A stretch of 64,000 nucleotides of DNA from Chitinophagales bacterium (GCA_019638515.1 JAHBTS010000002.1:239558-303557), one strand, 5' to 3'; positions 36,663 to 46,939 are shown, numbered from the stretch's first letter. Program-made: numbers and translations. Notes: generated from the sequence alone by a model not told the origin.

Positions 36663-37307
36663 TTAGATATTGTAGTAATTGTACTGCTCGGGTTGCGCAT
36701 TTTTATAGGTTACAATAGGCAGTATTGCTTGGAGCAAAATATCGGTTACTTCAAACACCGTTTTGTTTTCTGTATTTATAGTAGCCTGTGCTTGCAGTGG
36801 TGCTTCAAAAGGTGCATTTACTCCGGTAAAGTAGTCAATTTTATGCTGCCTTGCCAAAGCATACAGGCCTTTTACATCGCGGGTTTCACAAACATTTATT
36901 GGAGTGCTTAGGTAGGTGAGAAAAAAGTCTTTCTCGCCAATAATTTGGCTTGCCATTTTCCGTTGGCTTTCGAGAGGTGTAATAAAACTGCACAACACAA
37001 TAATGCCTGCATCTATAAAAAGTTTAGCAATTTCTGCCACTCTGCGTATGTTTTCGTTTCTATCGGCATCGGTAAAACCTAAATTCTTATTGATACCAAT
37101 TCGCATATTATCGCCATCTAATACAAAACACTTAAAGCCTCGCAAAAACAATTCGTGTTCCAATGCTCTTGCCACGGTACTCTTTCCTGCACCAGAAAGT
37201 CCCGTGAGCCAAACCACCGTTGCATGCTGTTGCAATTGTTGTTCTCGATCGCTCCGCGAGTGTAGCTTTTCGAAAATGGGATGAATGTTTTTTTCCACTA
37301 ACAGCAA
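36663..37307 (-). CDS. cysC: adenylyl-sulfate kinase
   Basis: VVWLTGLSGAGKSTVA P-loop, LDGDNMR, FITPLESQR motifs. Confidence 0.92.
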   Translation of the reverse strand: MLLVEKNIHPIFEKLHSRSDREQQLQQHATVVWLTGLSGAGKSTVARALEHELFLRGFKCFVLDGDNMRIGINKNLGFTDADRNENIRRVAEIAKLFIDAGIIVLCSFITPLESQRKMASQIIGEKDFFLTYLSTPINVCETRDVKGLYALARQHKIDYFTGVNAPFEAPLQAQATINTENKTVFEVTDILLQAILPIVTYKNAQPEQYNYYNI

Positions 37308-37397
37308 TAATAGAAAACACCGCTTTCATTTATTCCGATATTGAAAAAATCATAACAGAAAGTTTCTTAAAATTCTATTTATTACCTTCGTAGAGAT

Positions 37398-38063
37398 TTG
37401 AAATTAAATTCAAACATTAAAAGAAGCCTTTTGGCTATTGGTATTTTTTCGTTTTTAGGTTTAAAGGCGCAAGAAGTACAAACTTGCTATGCCTCGTTTT
37501 ACCACCATAAATTTCACGGTAGAAAAACATCTAACGGAACCCGACTAAACAACGAGAGCTATACTTGTGCGCATCGTACTTTACCCTTTGGTACTAAGGT
37601 AGAAATTACCAACTTATCGAATGGAAAGTTTGTGGTGGCAACCGTTACCGACCGAGGTCCATTTGCCCGCAACCGTTGTGTAGATGTAACACTGCAAATT
37701 GCAAAAGACCTCGATTTTGTAAAAAACGGAGTTGTAAAAGTGCAAGTACGCGTAATACCCAACGAGCCGCTTTGGTATGTAATTAAAGCCAGCGACTCCA
37801 CACTTTTTGCCAATCATTTTGGTGTAAAAATTGGCTCGTTTACCAACTATGCCGAAGCTGCATTGGCAGCCAAGCGCGTGAAGGAATGTTGTGGGGCTTT
37901 TGTGAATTTAGGGCGCATTTCTAATAGCGAAAAAAATTTTTTGCTCATTGCCGGAAATTTTATGTCGGCAGCCGAAGCTCAAAACCTTATGAAGAACTTC
38001 CCGCTTGAGTTGGCAGCTCCAGATGTTTTAAACTACAACGAAGTTTTAAATGCATTAAAGTAA
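37398..38063 (+). CDS. rlpA: septal-ring lytic transglycosylase RlpA-family protein with C-terminal SPOR-like domain
   Basis: DPBB core: ASFYHHKFHGRKTSNGTRLNNESYTCAHRTLPFGTKVEITNLSNGKFVVATVTDRGPF; TTG start. Confidence 0.88.
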   Translation: MKLNSNIKRSLLAIGIFSFLGLKAQEVQTCYASFYHHKFHGRKTSNGTRLNNESYTCAHRTLPFGTKVEITNLSNGKFVVATVTDRGPFARNRCVDVTLQIAKDLDFVKNGVVKVQVRVIPNEPLWYVIKASDSTLFANHFGVKIGSFTNYAEAALAAKRVKECCGAFVNLGRISNSEKNFLLIAGNFMSAAEAQNLMKNFPLELAAPDVLNYNEVLNALK

Positions 38064-38441
38064 ATGGTAATTGCTAGCAGGAAGGTGCTTATTATTTTAC
38101 TTATATTTTCTATTGCCTGGCAGCATTGCTTACAGTTAAGCATTTACACTTGGTACACCTTTCAAAAACAAGCAATTACATATAGTTTTTGTATAAACAA
38201 AGCCAACAAAGCATTGCACTGTAATGGAAAATGCTACCTAGGCAAGCAACTCCAAAAATCGGAAGAAAACCAACAACAGCAATCGCACAGCATACTAAAA
38301 ACAAAGTATGAGTATTCTTTAGCACAGGCATACAACTTCAATTTGCAGCCTCAAGCATTATCTACTGCCCAACGCTACATTTTAATGAAATGGCAATTGC
38401 CACCCAGTCCTTTTATAGCCATTGATGCACCATCGGGTTAG
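38064..38441 (+). CDS. hypothetical membrane-anchored protein with CxNK..CNGKCYL motif
   Basis: 125 aa with an N-terminal TM helix. Cys motif FCINKANKALHCNGKCYLGKQL. The start abuts the rlpA stop. Confidence 0.55.
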   Translation: MVIASRKVLIILLIFSIAWQHCLQLSIYTWYTFQKQAITYSFCINKANKALHCNGKCYLGKQLQKSEENQQQQSHSILKTKYEYSLAQAYNFNLQPQALSTAQRYILMKWQLPPSPFIAIDAPSG

Positions 38442-38529
38442 TTTGTTTTCCTTTCGTAGCATCCTAAAATAGCGTTGGCACAACTCCATACGTTCATTAT
38501 TCTTCATCTACTGAAAAAAAACAAACATC

Positions 38530-39264
38530 ATGCAAATTAACTTATATGCTTCGGCAAGTACTTTACTATTGATACTAACCATCACTTTCTCTTCTTGTAA
38601 AAAAGATGACAACTTTGAAGGCAGCGGAAGCGCCAGCATAGAACTGGAGCACGTGTGGAACGAAGATGACTTTTCGCTTAACAAAGCTTTTACAACCGAT
38701 AGCAACCAACAAGCAACGTTTACCACACTCAAATACATAGTAAGCAATTTTGTATTTGTGAACGAAAATGGAGCGCAATATACCATTAAAGACAGTTGCT
38801 ACTTAATAGATATTTCTGCTCCGGCATCTACGTTACTGCCATTTAGCAATATACCATCGGGCAACTATAAATCCGTGCATTTTTGGGTAGGCGTAGATAG
38901 CACCCATAATGTTTCCGGCAATATTTCCGGCTTAAGTAGCATGTACCAAAATGCAAGTAATGGCTATACTTTTATGAAAGCAGAAGGCAGCAGCCCGCAA
39001 AGCGGCAGTGGTTTTTTGTACCACATTAGCGGCTACCAAGCACCCAATGCGGCACAAAGAGCTATTACCATAGATTTTGGCAGCAGCAGCTTGCAAGTTC
39101 GCCAAAGCAAAAAAGTACAACTACATACTTCTGTAAATGTTGAAAAACTATTTACCGGAATAAACATCTCCACCCTTCCACAAATAAACACCGCAGGTGC
39201 CAATGCACTAAAAATAGCCAATAACTATGCCACCCTATTTTCGTTTGAACACATACACAACTAA
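38530..39264 (+). CDS. MbnP-like lipoprotein (tentative)
   Basis: Lipobox ..LTITFSSC. The pattern LKYIVSNFVFVNENGAQYT...YLIDIS...IPSGNYKSVHFWVGVDS.HN....GYTFMKAEG resembles MbnP-family proteins (from memory). Confidence 0.55.
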   Translation: MQINLYASASTLLLILTITFSSCKKDDNFEGSGSASIELEHVWNEDDFSLNKAFTTDSNQQATFTTLKYIVSNFVFVNENGAQYTIKDSCYLIDISAPASTLLPFSNIPSGNYKSVHFWVGVDSTHNVSGNISGLSSMYQNASNGYTFMKAEGSSPQSGSGFLYHISGYQAPNAAQRAITIDFGSSSLQVRQSKKVQLHTSVNVEKLFTGINISTLPQINTAGANALKIANNYATLFSFEHIHN

Positions 39265-39275
39265 TTCATGAAAGT

Positions 39276-39310
39276 AAGCAGCGGTAGTAAAAATTATTGC
39301 CGCTGCTTTT
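39276..39310 (+). terminator. rho-independent terminator
   Basis: AAGCAGCGG-(15 nt)-CCGCTGCTT followed by TT; 12 nt after the stop at 39264. Confidence 0.7.
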
Positions 39311-39388
39311 ACTGCCAACAACTCTTAATTTTTAAATACTGTTAGTGCACAAAAACTACATTTGCAATTCACCATCAATAGAGTGCAA

Positions 39389-39742
39389 ATGGATAATAGG
39401 CGACAACAAAAAATTGGAGGTTTAATTAAAGAAGAATTTACATCGCTGCTTACCCGCGATTACAAAGGTATTTTTGGCAAAGGTCTTATTAGCGTTACCA
39501 ATGTAAAAGTAACCACCGACCTTTCTATTGCCCGTTTCTATTTAAGCATGCTTAATGTAGAAGATAAAGAAGCAGCCCTTTTAAAATTTAGAGAACTTAC
39601 GCCAGAGTTTAGAGGAAAATTAGGCGCAAAGCTACGCCACCAACTTCGTAAAATTCCCGAAATGGAATTTTTTATTGACGATACTTTAGACTATGTCTTC
39701 CACATGGAAGAGGTATTGAAAAACCTTAAAAACAACCAATAA
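39389..39742 (+). CDS. rbfA: ribosome-binding factor A
   Basis: RQQKIGGLIKEEFTSLL....ISVTNVKVTTDLSIARFYLS...LRHQLRKIPEMEFFIDDTLDY. The ATG at 39389 is preferred over the TTG at 39362. Confidence 0.9.
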   Translation: MDNRRQQKIGGLIKEEFTSLLTRDYKGIFGKGLISVTNVKVTTDLSIARFYLSMLNVEDKEAALLKFRELTPEFRGKLGAKLRHQLRKIPEMEFFIDDTLDYVFHMEEVLKNLKNNQ

Positions 39743-39782
39743 CTTTTACCACCAATATTCAACTAACCACAACTCATTAGCC

Positions 39783-41612
39783 GTGTCAGAACAAGCAAAA
39801 TCTATAGTAATAAAATTTGCAGGCGATAGTGGCGATGGAATGCAACTAACCGGCAGCGAATTTACTGCCAATGCTGCACTATTTGGAAACGATATTGCCA
39901 CCTTCCCTGATTTTCCTGCCGAAATTCGCGCACCGCAAGGCACTTTGCCCGGTGTTTCGGGTTTTCAACTTCACTTTGGAAGCGAAGAAATAGACAGCCC
40001 TGGCGACAACTGCGATGTATTGGTAGCCATGAATGCTGCTGCCCTAAAAACCAATTTAAAGCAACTGAAAAAAGGCGGCATCATCATTGCCGACATATCG
40101 GGCTTTGAATCTAAAAACCTAAAACTTGCAGGCTACACCACCGAAGAAAATCCGATTGAAAACGATTCGCTTGCCGCTTACCAACTTCAAAAAATAGACA
40201 TTACAAAACTCACCAAAGAAACTTTAAAAGACAGTGGCTTAGACGGCAAAAGTATAGACCGCTGCAAAAACATGTTTGTATTAGGCTATGTGTATTGGAT
40301 ATTCCACAGAAGCTTACAAAGCACCACCGAAGACCTCCATAGAATATTTGCAAAAAAACCACAACTGCGCGATGCCAATATTCAAGTACTTAAAGCCGGC
40401 TACAACTATGGCGAAACAGTAGAAACAATCGCCCACAGAATTGAAGTTGCTCCGGCAAAACGACCACAAGGCGTGTATAGAAATATTATTGGCAATACAG
40501 CCACAGCATTAGGCTTAATTGCGGCATCCGTAAAAAGTAAATTGCCATTGTTTTACGGCACCTACCCTATTACACCCGCCTCAGAAATTTTGCATGAACT
40601 AGCCAAACACAAAAATTTTGGTGTGGTTACATTCCAAGCAGAAGACGAGATTGCAGCCGCAGCCTCTGCCATTGGTGCTTCGTTTGGAGGCAGCTTAGGC
40701 GTAACCGGCACATCGGGGCCGGGTTTGGCACTTAAAAGCGAAAGTGTTTCGCTGGCAGTTTCGCTCGAACTGCCATTGGTAGTTATAGATGTACAACGTG
40801 CAGGACCCAGCACCGGAATGCCCACCAAAACAGAGCAAGCTGATTTGCTGTTTGCCATGTACGGCAGGCATGGAGAAGCACCACTTCCAATTGTAGCCGC
40901 GCAATCTCCGGCAGATTGTTTTTATACTGCTTTTGAAGCTTGTAAAATAGCTTTGCAACATACTACACCCGTAATAATGCTAAGCGATGGATACATCGCC
41001 AATGGCTCTGAACCGTGGAAGTTTCCGCAAGAGAATGATTTACCCGCTATTGATGTTGAGTTTAGCAGCGCTACCAACAGCGAGCAGTTTATGCCATACA
41101 AGCGCAACGAAAAATTGGCTCGCAATATTGCACTACCCGGAACAAAAGGATTGGAACACCGCATTGGAGGATTAGAAAAACAGAGCCTCTCGGGCAATAT
41201 TTCTTACGACCCGCAAAACCACGAAAACATGGTTCGCATGCGTGCCGAAAAGGTAAACCTTATAGCCAATTATATTCCCGAACTGCATATTGAATTAGGT
41301 AATAAAAGCGGCAAAGTGCTGGTATTGGGCTGGGGTGGCACTTACGGCTCTATTCGCGCAGCAGTAAAACAAGCCATAGCCGAAGGAAAAGATGTAGCCC
41401 ATGCACATTTACGCTATTTAAATCCTTTCCCAAAAAACACCTTAGAACTCATCAATAGTTTTGAGCATATACTTATTCCCGAAATAAACACAGGGCAGTT
41501 GGCACACTTGCTTAAAGCATCTTATTTGGTGAAAGTAGAATCGTTTACCAAAGTGCAAGGTCAGCCATTTTCGCAAAGCGAAATTTATGCTGCCATCAAT
41601 AAGTTTTATTAA
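39783..41612 (+). CDS. korA: 2-oxoglutarate/2-oxoacid:ferredoxin oxidoreductase subunit alpha
   Basis: 609 aa; IKFAGDSGDGMQLTGSEFT...FPDFPAEIRAPQGTLPGVSGFQLHFG, ..YPITPASEILHEL.., GTSGPGLALK; GTG start. Confidence 0.9.
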   Translation: MSEQAKSIVIKFAGDSGDGMQLTGSEFTANAALFGNDIATFPDFPAEIRAPQGTLPGVSGFQLHFGSEEIDSPGDNCDVLVAMNAAALKTNLKQLKKGGIIIADISGFESKNLKLAGYTTEENPIENDSLAAYQLQKIDITKLTKETLKDSGLDGKSIDRCKNMFVLGYVYWIFHRSLQSTTEDLHRIFAKKPQLRDANIQVLKAGYNYGETVETIAHRIEVAPAKRPQGVYRNIIGNTATALGLIAASVKSKLPLFYGTYPITPASEILHELAKHKNFGVVTFQAEDEIAAAASAIGASFGGSLGVTGTSGPGLALKSESVSLAVSLELPLVVIDVQRAGPSTGMPTKTEQADLLFAMYGRHGEAPLPIVAAQSPADCFYTAFEACKIALQHTTPVIMLSDGYIANGSEPWKFPQENDLPAIDVEFSSATNSEQFMPYKRNEKLARNIALPGTKGLEHRIGGLEKQSLSGNISYDPQNHENMVRMRAEKVNLIANYIPELHIELGNKSGKVLVLGWGGTYGSIRAAVKQAIAEGKDVAHAHLRYLNPFPKNTLELINSFEHILIPEINTGQLAHLLKASYLVKVESFTKVQGQPFSQSEIYAAINKFY

Positions 41613-41623
41613 AAACTACTGCC

Positions 41624-42850
41624 GTGTTTGAACTGCAAATTGCTTGGCGTTACCTATTCTCTAAAAAGAGTGTAAATGCCATCAATATTATTAACTACAT
41701 CAGCATGGCAGCCATGGGTGTAGGTGCATTTGCACTTATTGTAGTTTTAAGTGTATTCAATGGGTTTGAAGGCTTAATAAAAGAATTGCACCGCGCATTT
41801 TATCCCGAAATAATTGTGGTGCCGGCAGAGGGAAAATTCTTTGAGAGCGACTCCGCTACGATGCATCTCTTGCAGAAACACCAACAAGTAAAAAGCATAG
41901 CTTCCACACTCGAAGAAAATGCCTATTTGGAATATTCAGACCGCGCTACTATTGCTACTATTAAAGGCATAAGCAACAACTATTCCCAAACCAACGAAAT
42001 AAAAAACCACATCCGCAAAGGAGTGTTTCTAACCCACGAAGGCAGCCAAGAATTTGCCATTGTTGGTGCCAATATAAACACGGCATTAAATGTAAGTTTA
42101 GAAAACAGTTTAGAGCCATTAAAAATAAGTGTACCTAAAAACTCCAACGCCACTGTTTTTTTGCCCGAAGATGCTTTCAACAATGTATATGTTTTTGTAT
42201 CGGGCATATTTAGCGTACAACAAGAATTCGATTCCAAATATGTATTTGTATCGTTAGAAACAGCCCGCCAACTTATTGGAGAAGAAAATGCACTATCGGC
42301 CTATGAAGTAAAGTTGAAAAGTGGCACCAATCCAAACACCTTCAAAAAAGAAATGGAAGCAGCCTTAGGCAAACAATACACCATAAAAACACGCGATGAA
42401 ATAAACGAAACGCTTTACCGCGTAGTACAACTGGAACGATGGGCAGTATATGCCATCCTCACATTTATTTTAATAATTATTTCGTTCAATATCTTAGGCT
42501 CGCTTGCCATGCTCGGCATAGAAAAACAAAAAGACATATCCATCTTAAAAGCAATGGGCGCTACTGCGCTGCAAATCAAAAACATCTTTCTGCTCGAGGG
42601 TGCTTTTTCAGGCTTGTTGGGCGGCATAATTGGCGTGGCACTCGGCTTAGCTGTTTGCTTTCTACAGCAATATTTCGGCTTCATAAAACTGGCACAAGGC
42701 GGAGCTTCTTTTGTAATAGATGCCTATCCGGTAAAAGTGCTTACTACCGATGTGTTGCTTAGTTTAGCCACAGTTGCCGTTATTAGCAGTGTAGCTGCAT
42801 TTATTCCGGCATACAGAGCATCGCGGCAGGCTATCAATTTTTCATCATAA
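41624..42850 (+). CDS. FtsX-like ABC transporter permease (LolC/E family)
   Basis: 408 aa; N-terminus FELQIAWRYLFSKK, four TM helices with a large periplasmic loop, and ..IKTRDE..LYRVVQLERWAVY..ILKAMGA.. Confidence 0.88.
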   Translation: MFELQIAWRYLFSKKSVNAINIINYISMAAMGVGAFALIVVLSVFNGFEGLIKELHRAFYPEIIVVPAEGKFFESDSATMHLLQKHQQVKSIASTLEENAYLEYSDRATIATIKGISNNYSQTNEIKNHIRKGVFLTHEGSQEFAIVGANINTALNVSLENSLEPLKISVPKNSNATVFLPEDAFNNVYVFVSGIFSVQQEFDSKYVFVSLETARQLIGEENALSAYEVKLKSGTNPNTFKKEMEAALGKQYTIKTRDEINETLYRVVQLERWAVYAILTFILIIISFNILGSLAMLGIEKQKDISILKAMGATALQIKNIFLLEGAFSGLLGGIIGVALGLAVCFLQQYFGFIKLAQGGASFVIDAYPVKVLTTDVLLSLATVAVISSVAAFIPAYRASRQAINFSS

Positions 42851-42879
42851 TTTATTCCGTCTTTCTTCGTTTTACATCT

Positions 42880-43491
42880 ATGAAAACACTATGGATTTTA
42901 CTGGCGCTATTGCCTTTCAATGCATTGCAATACTTGAATAACATTAATGGCTTTGCCCATCAATCGTATTTTAAACAGCAAGCATATTCCGACAGCAAAA
43001 AGCCCGAAGAAACGGCTGAAGCCAACCGCCTTGTAAATACCGAATCGTATGATATTCATTTAATGAATTGGTGCATTTTTAAAGCCTCTGAAGAAGTACG
43101 GAATCGCCATCATGCAAAGCAACTTCAGTTTAGCGAAGCGTTGCGCAATGCCGCCATGATTCATAGCAACGAAATGGTAATTCATTCATTCTACAACCAT
43201 ATAAACGCTAAAAACAGCCAACTTAAAACACCGGAACAGCGCTTACATTTATTTGGAATTAGTAATGTAGAAATGGCAGAAAACGTTCACAAATTTCCTT
43301 TTGAAAACAATGGTGTTAGCTACATAAATCTAGCACGTGCCATTGTGAAAGATTTTTACGATTCGCCCAACCACCGCAAAAATTTACTGAACAAAAACTT
43401 CAACTCCATAGGTTGTGCCGCCTTATGGGAGTTTGATAAAAAGGAATCGTATTACTTTTTGAAAGTAACACAATGTTTTGCTCGACTCTGA
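42880..43491 (+). CDS. CAP (SCP/PR-1-like) domain protein
   Basis: ..AAMIHSNEMVIHSFYNH...AENV....ARAIVKDFYDSPNHRKNLLNKNFNSIGCA is a CAP-domain pattern; signal peptide present. Confidence 0.75.
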   Translation: MKTLWILLALLPFNALQYLNNINGFAHQSYFKQQAYSDSKKPEETAEANRLVNTESYDIHLMNWCIFKASEEVRNRHHAKQLQFSEALRNAAMIHSNEMVIHSFYNHINAKNSQLKTPEQRLHLFGISNVEMAENVHKFPFENNGVSYINLARAIVKDFYDSPNHRKNLLNKNFNSIGCAALWEFDKKESYYFLKVTQCFARL

Positions 43492-43566
43492 GGCCGCCAT
43501 TTCATTTATCCACCTTTTGCATAAAACTTAGGTAAAGTTTTAGCGCTATTTTTTCAATTTAGCGCC

Positions 43567-44838
43567 ATGCAAAAAGATACAGCCATATTCAACTTAATAG
43601 AAAAAGAATTACACCGCCAACGCGAAGGTATAGAACTGATAGCTTCAGAAAACTTTACTTCCAAAGAAGTAATGCAGGCAATGGGCAGTTGCTTAACCAA
43701 TAAATATGCCGAAGGTTTGCCCGGCAAACGCTATTACGGAGGTTGCCATTTTGTAGATGAAATTGAAACCCTTGCCATAGAGCGATTAAAGCAACTTTTT
43801 GGCGCAGCATGGGCAAATGTGCAGCCACACAGCGGAGCACAAGCCAATGCGGCCGTAATGCTGGCATGTATAAAACCGGGCGATACTATTATGGGTTTCA
43901 ACCTATCGCACGGAGGACATTTAACACACGGTTCGCCCGTAAATTTTTCAGGTAAACTATACCGCCCCGTTTTTTACGGAGTAGAAGAAACCAGCGGAGT
44001 AATTGATATGAACAAGGTGCGCGAAACCGCACTCAAAGAAAAACCCAAACTCATTATTTGCGGAGCCAGTGCTTATTCGCGCGATTGGGATTACGCCACC
44101 TTCCGCGCCATTGCCGATGAAGTAGGAGCTCTATTGCTGGCAGATATTGCCCACCCGGCAGGTATGATAGCTGCAAAGTTGCTAAACAATCCGCTACCGC
44201 ATTGCCATATAGTTACTTCTACCACACATAAAACATTGCGCGGCCCGCGTGGCGGCATCATTATGCTTGGTCAAGATTTTGAAAATCCATTTGGCGAAAA
44301 AACCCTCAAGGGTGAATTAAAAACCATGAGTGCCGTTTTAGATGGTGCCGTATTTCCCGGCACGCAAGGCGGCCCGTTGGAGCATGTAATTGCCGGAAAG
44401 GCAGTAGCCTTTGGCGAGGCACTTTCGCCTGAGTTTACTACTTACCAAAAACAAGTAGCAGCCAATGCACAAGCCTTGGCAAATGCACTGGTGGCTATGG
44501 ATTACAAAATTATTTCGGGTGGTACGGTAAACCATTTAATGCTCATAGATTTGCGCAACAAAAACGTATCGGGCAAGCAAGCCGAAGGCGCATTGGTAAA
44601 AGCAGACATTACTGCCAATAAAAACATGGTGCCGTTTGACGATAAATCTCCGTTTGTAACTTCGGGCATCCGTTTGGGCACTCCGGCAATAACCACCAGA
44701 GGTTTTAAAGAAAAAGATATGGCGCAAGTTGCCAACTGGATAAACCAAATTATTACCAACATAGAAAACGAAACGGCACTTGCAACCGTAAAGGCAGAAA
44801 TAAATGAGTATATGAAAGCCTTTCCGCTATACGAATAA
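43567..44838 (+). CDS. glyA: serine hydroxymethyltransferase
   Basis: 423 aa; [34 protein letters not shown] (PLP Lys). Confidence 0.97.
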   Translation: MQKDTAIFNLIEKELHRQREGIELIASENFTSKEVMQAMGSCLTNKYAEGLPGKRYYGGCHFVDEIETLAIERLKQLFGAAWANVQPHSGAQANAAVMLACIKPGDTIMGFNLSHGGHLTHGSPVNFSGKLYRPVFYGVEETSGVIDMNKVRETALKEKPKLIICGASAYSRDWDYATFRAIADEVGALLLADIAHPAGMIAAKLLNNPLPHCHIVTSTTHKTLRGPRGGIIMLGQDFENPFGEKTLKGELKTMSAVLDGAVFPGTQGGPLEHVIAGKAVAFGEALSPEFTTYQKQVAANAQALANALVAMDYKIISGGTVNHLMLIDLRNKNVSGKQAEGALVKADITANKNMVPFDDKSPFVTSGIRLGTPAITTRGFKEKDMAQVANWINQIITNIENETALATVKAEINEYMKAFPLYE

Positions 44839-44842
44839 GCGG

Positions 44843-45658
44843 TTATACTTTGTTGGCCTTTATAGTAAGTTCAAAACTTTTATTGGGGCGCGCAATGGGT
44901 GTGTACTGATGTGTATTTATTTTCTTAGGAAAATATATGCCGCACAGCGTATTGCTTACTCTATAAATTGAGTTTCTTTTATCGGCAGGTACGCCATCTA
45001 AAATACCAGCAATTACATCGGCTCGCATATCTTCATAGTTATTGCCGCAATCGTGCCATACAATAATTGAATTTTCATCTTTCAATAGCTTGAAAACATT
45101 GGCAGTATCGGCTTTTACGCCTTGGTAAGTGTGGTCGCCATCCACAAATATTAAATCGAAAGTTTGATTGAGTGAAGCAAAATCGAAAGTTTGCGAATTA
45201 TGCCCAATTCGTTTTAGCTGCGGGAATTGCTGTAAGAAAAAGCCATCCATTTCTATCACTCTTTCATTAAAACCCATGCTGCGCATTTCGTCTTTAGATA
45301 AACTTATGGCAACTGCACTTTTACATTCCGGCACTACGTTCATTAAACTTTCGCCACGCCAACTGCCAATTTCAAGGTAATTGCAATCGGGAATTTGCCT
45401 TGCCAATTCTTTTAGTAAAAATAAATCTATGGTGTGCGAGGTGCCGTCTAAAAAGCTGTAACTGGTGATGGAAGATTGAAAATTTGGAAACAAATCGAGC
45501 AAATCTATTACCGGTAAGCCATTCTCAAATCCATGCTTTTTAACTACCGATTTGGCATGGTAGTATTCCGAAAAAGCCATCAATGATTTTAAAAATGCGG
45601 ATGTATTATTCCAAACGGTGGGAATAAAATTTAGAATGGCTTCTTTTTTTCTGCTCAT
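44843..45658 (-). CDS. class I SAM-dependent methyltransferase
   Basis: YLEIGSWRGESL (motif I-like) and FDLIFVDGDHTYQGVKAD. Start MSRKKEAIL (45658) or 45673. Confidence 0.7.
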   Translation of the reverse strand: MSRKKEAILNFIPTVWNNTSAFLKSLMAFSEYYHAKSVVKKHGFENGLPVIDLLDLFPNFQSSITSYSFLDGTSHTIDLFLLKELARQIPDCNYLEIGSWRGESLMNVVPECKSAVAISLSKDEMRSMGFNERVIEMDGFFLQQFPQLKRIGHNSQTFDFASLNQTFDLIFVDGDHTYQGVKADTANVFKLLKDENSIIVWHDCGNNYEDMRADVIAGILDGVPADKRNSIYRVSNTLCGIYFPKKINTHQYTPIARPNKSFELTIKANKV

Positions 45659-45723
45659 ATTTCTTAAAAACAATTTAAAACAAACATAGAAATGATTTTT
45701 ACTGCTGCTTAAAAACTTTGCAG

Positions 45724-46509
45724 CTACTCCACTATAGGTTCGGGAGAATTGAGCATGGCTGTTTGCTCCGGTGTAAATTTAGTAATCCAAAAATTATTGT
45801 AGCCTTCGCCAATGGTAATACCTATCAACTTTTCTTGCACCAATTCCAGCATACTCAGGAAAATAAAGATAGCATGTATGCGGTTTTCGCATTCTTCAAA
45901 AACACTTGTAAAAGGAGTTTGTGTACCTACTTTTACTTTTTCGAGCAGCACCATTTTTTCGCCTGCAATGGTGTATGGCGGTTGCTCTATGGTGTGTACT
46001 ACTTTGGTTTTTTCTTTTTCGAGGCGCGTAATCACGGTTTGGAAAGCCTTCATTAAACGAAGCATGGTAAGGCTTTGCATTTCGTACTCAGTTTCAAAAA
46101 ACGAAGCTATTTCTTCGGTTTCTGTGGCGGCATTTCCTCTTTTGGTAATGCTTTGGCGCTCATCTTCCATAAGCCGGAGCGCTTCGCTGGCTTCCTTAAA
46201 TTTCTTATATTCTATGAGGCGGTTTACGAGTTCTTCGCGCGGGTCTATTTCTTTACCTTGTTCATCTAACTCTTTGCGCGGCAGGAGCATTTTGGCTTTT
46301 ATGCGCATGAGTGTGGCTGCAACCAAAATAAATTCGCTTGCCAACTCTATATTCAAAAACTCCATGTTATGGATATACCCCAAAAAGTCTTCGGCAATTT
46401 TTGAAATGGGGATGTCGTAAATATCTAATTCATCGCGTTCGATAAAGAAGAGCAATAAATCGAACGGACCTTCAAACTGCGGCAGTTTTATTGAAAATGT
46501 TTCACTCAT
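45724..46509 (-). CDS. scpA: segregation and condensation protein A
   Basis: KLPQFEGPFDLLLFFIERDELDIYDIPISKIAEDFL is the typical ScpA N-terminus. Start MSETFSIK (46509) is preferred. Confidence 0.88.
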   Translation of the reverse strand: MSETFSIKLPQFEGPFDLLLFFIERDELDIYDIPISKIAEDFLGYIHNMEFLNIELASEFILVAATLMRIKAKMLLPRKELDEQGKEIDPREELVNRLIEYKKFKEASEALRLMEDERQSITKRGNAATETEEIASFFETEYEMQSLTMLRLMKAFQTVITRLEKEKTKVVHTIEQPPYTIAGEKMVLLEKVKVGTQTPFTSVFEECENRIHAIFIFLSMLELVQEKLIGITIGEGYNNFWITKFTPEQTAMLNSPEPIVE

Positions 46510-46534
46510 AATTTGGGCTGCAAAAGTATATTTT

Positions 46535-46939
46535 CTATTCAATCAGGTTCTGTTCTATTGCTTCAATTGGTCCCGGGCACACTTTACTATGGCAGGCTAC
46601 GCAACTTTGTACTACTAGATTAAACTGCGTTTTTCTATCGCCTGAAGCTGCAGTATGATAATTAGACAGATTATTCAGCAATTGGCGGCTTAGTTCTTTA
46701 TGCTCCGGTGCCAGTTTTTTTCCCTCGGTAATGGCTGCAGTATAAATTTCTGTATAGTTGGCAGGTGCCGGATTTTTCTTCTTATTGGCAACTATTGCTT
46801 TCTTTTCTTTTTGTAAGTATGCCAACATACCTTTCATAAGCGTTGCCATTGGGCTTACAGTAGTAAAACTGCAAGCTACTATTAGAATAAAAATGCCTGC
46901 CACTACTGTTGCTGTGCGTTTGCCTTTGCCATAAAACAT
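46535..46939 (-). CDS. small membrane-anchored c-type cytochrome-like protein
   Basis: ORF 46535..47098 trimmed to MFYGKGKRTATVVAGIFILIVAC (ATG 46939) to avoid overlap with the divergent protease gene. Single CVACH haem-binding motif near the C-terminus. Confidence 0.55.
   Translation of the reverse strand: MFYGKGKRTATVVAGIFILIVACSFTTVSPMATLMKGMLAYLQKEKKAIVANKKKNPAPANYTEIYTAAITEGKKLAPEHKELSRQLLNNLSNYHTAASGDRKTQFNLVVQSCVACHSKVCPGPIEAIEQNLIE

Noticed and set aside
45812-46420. 202-aa plus-strand ORF
   Set aside because: It is fully antisense to scpA, which has the diagnostic FEGPFDLLL N-terminus. The antisense product is Ser-rich low complexity.
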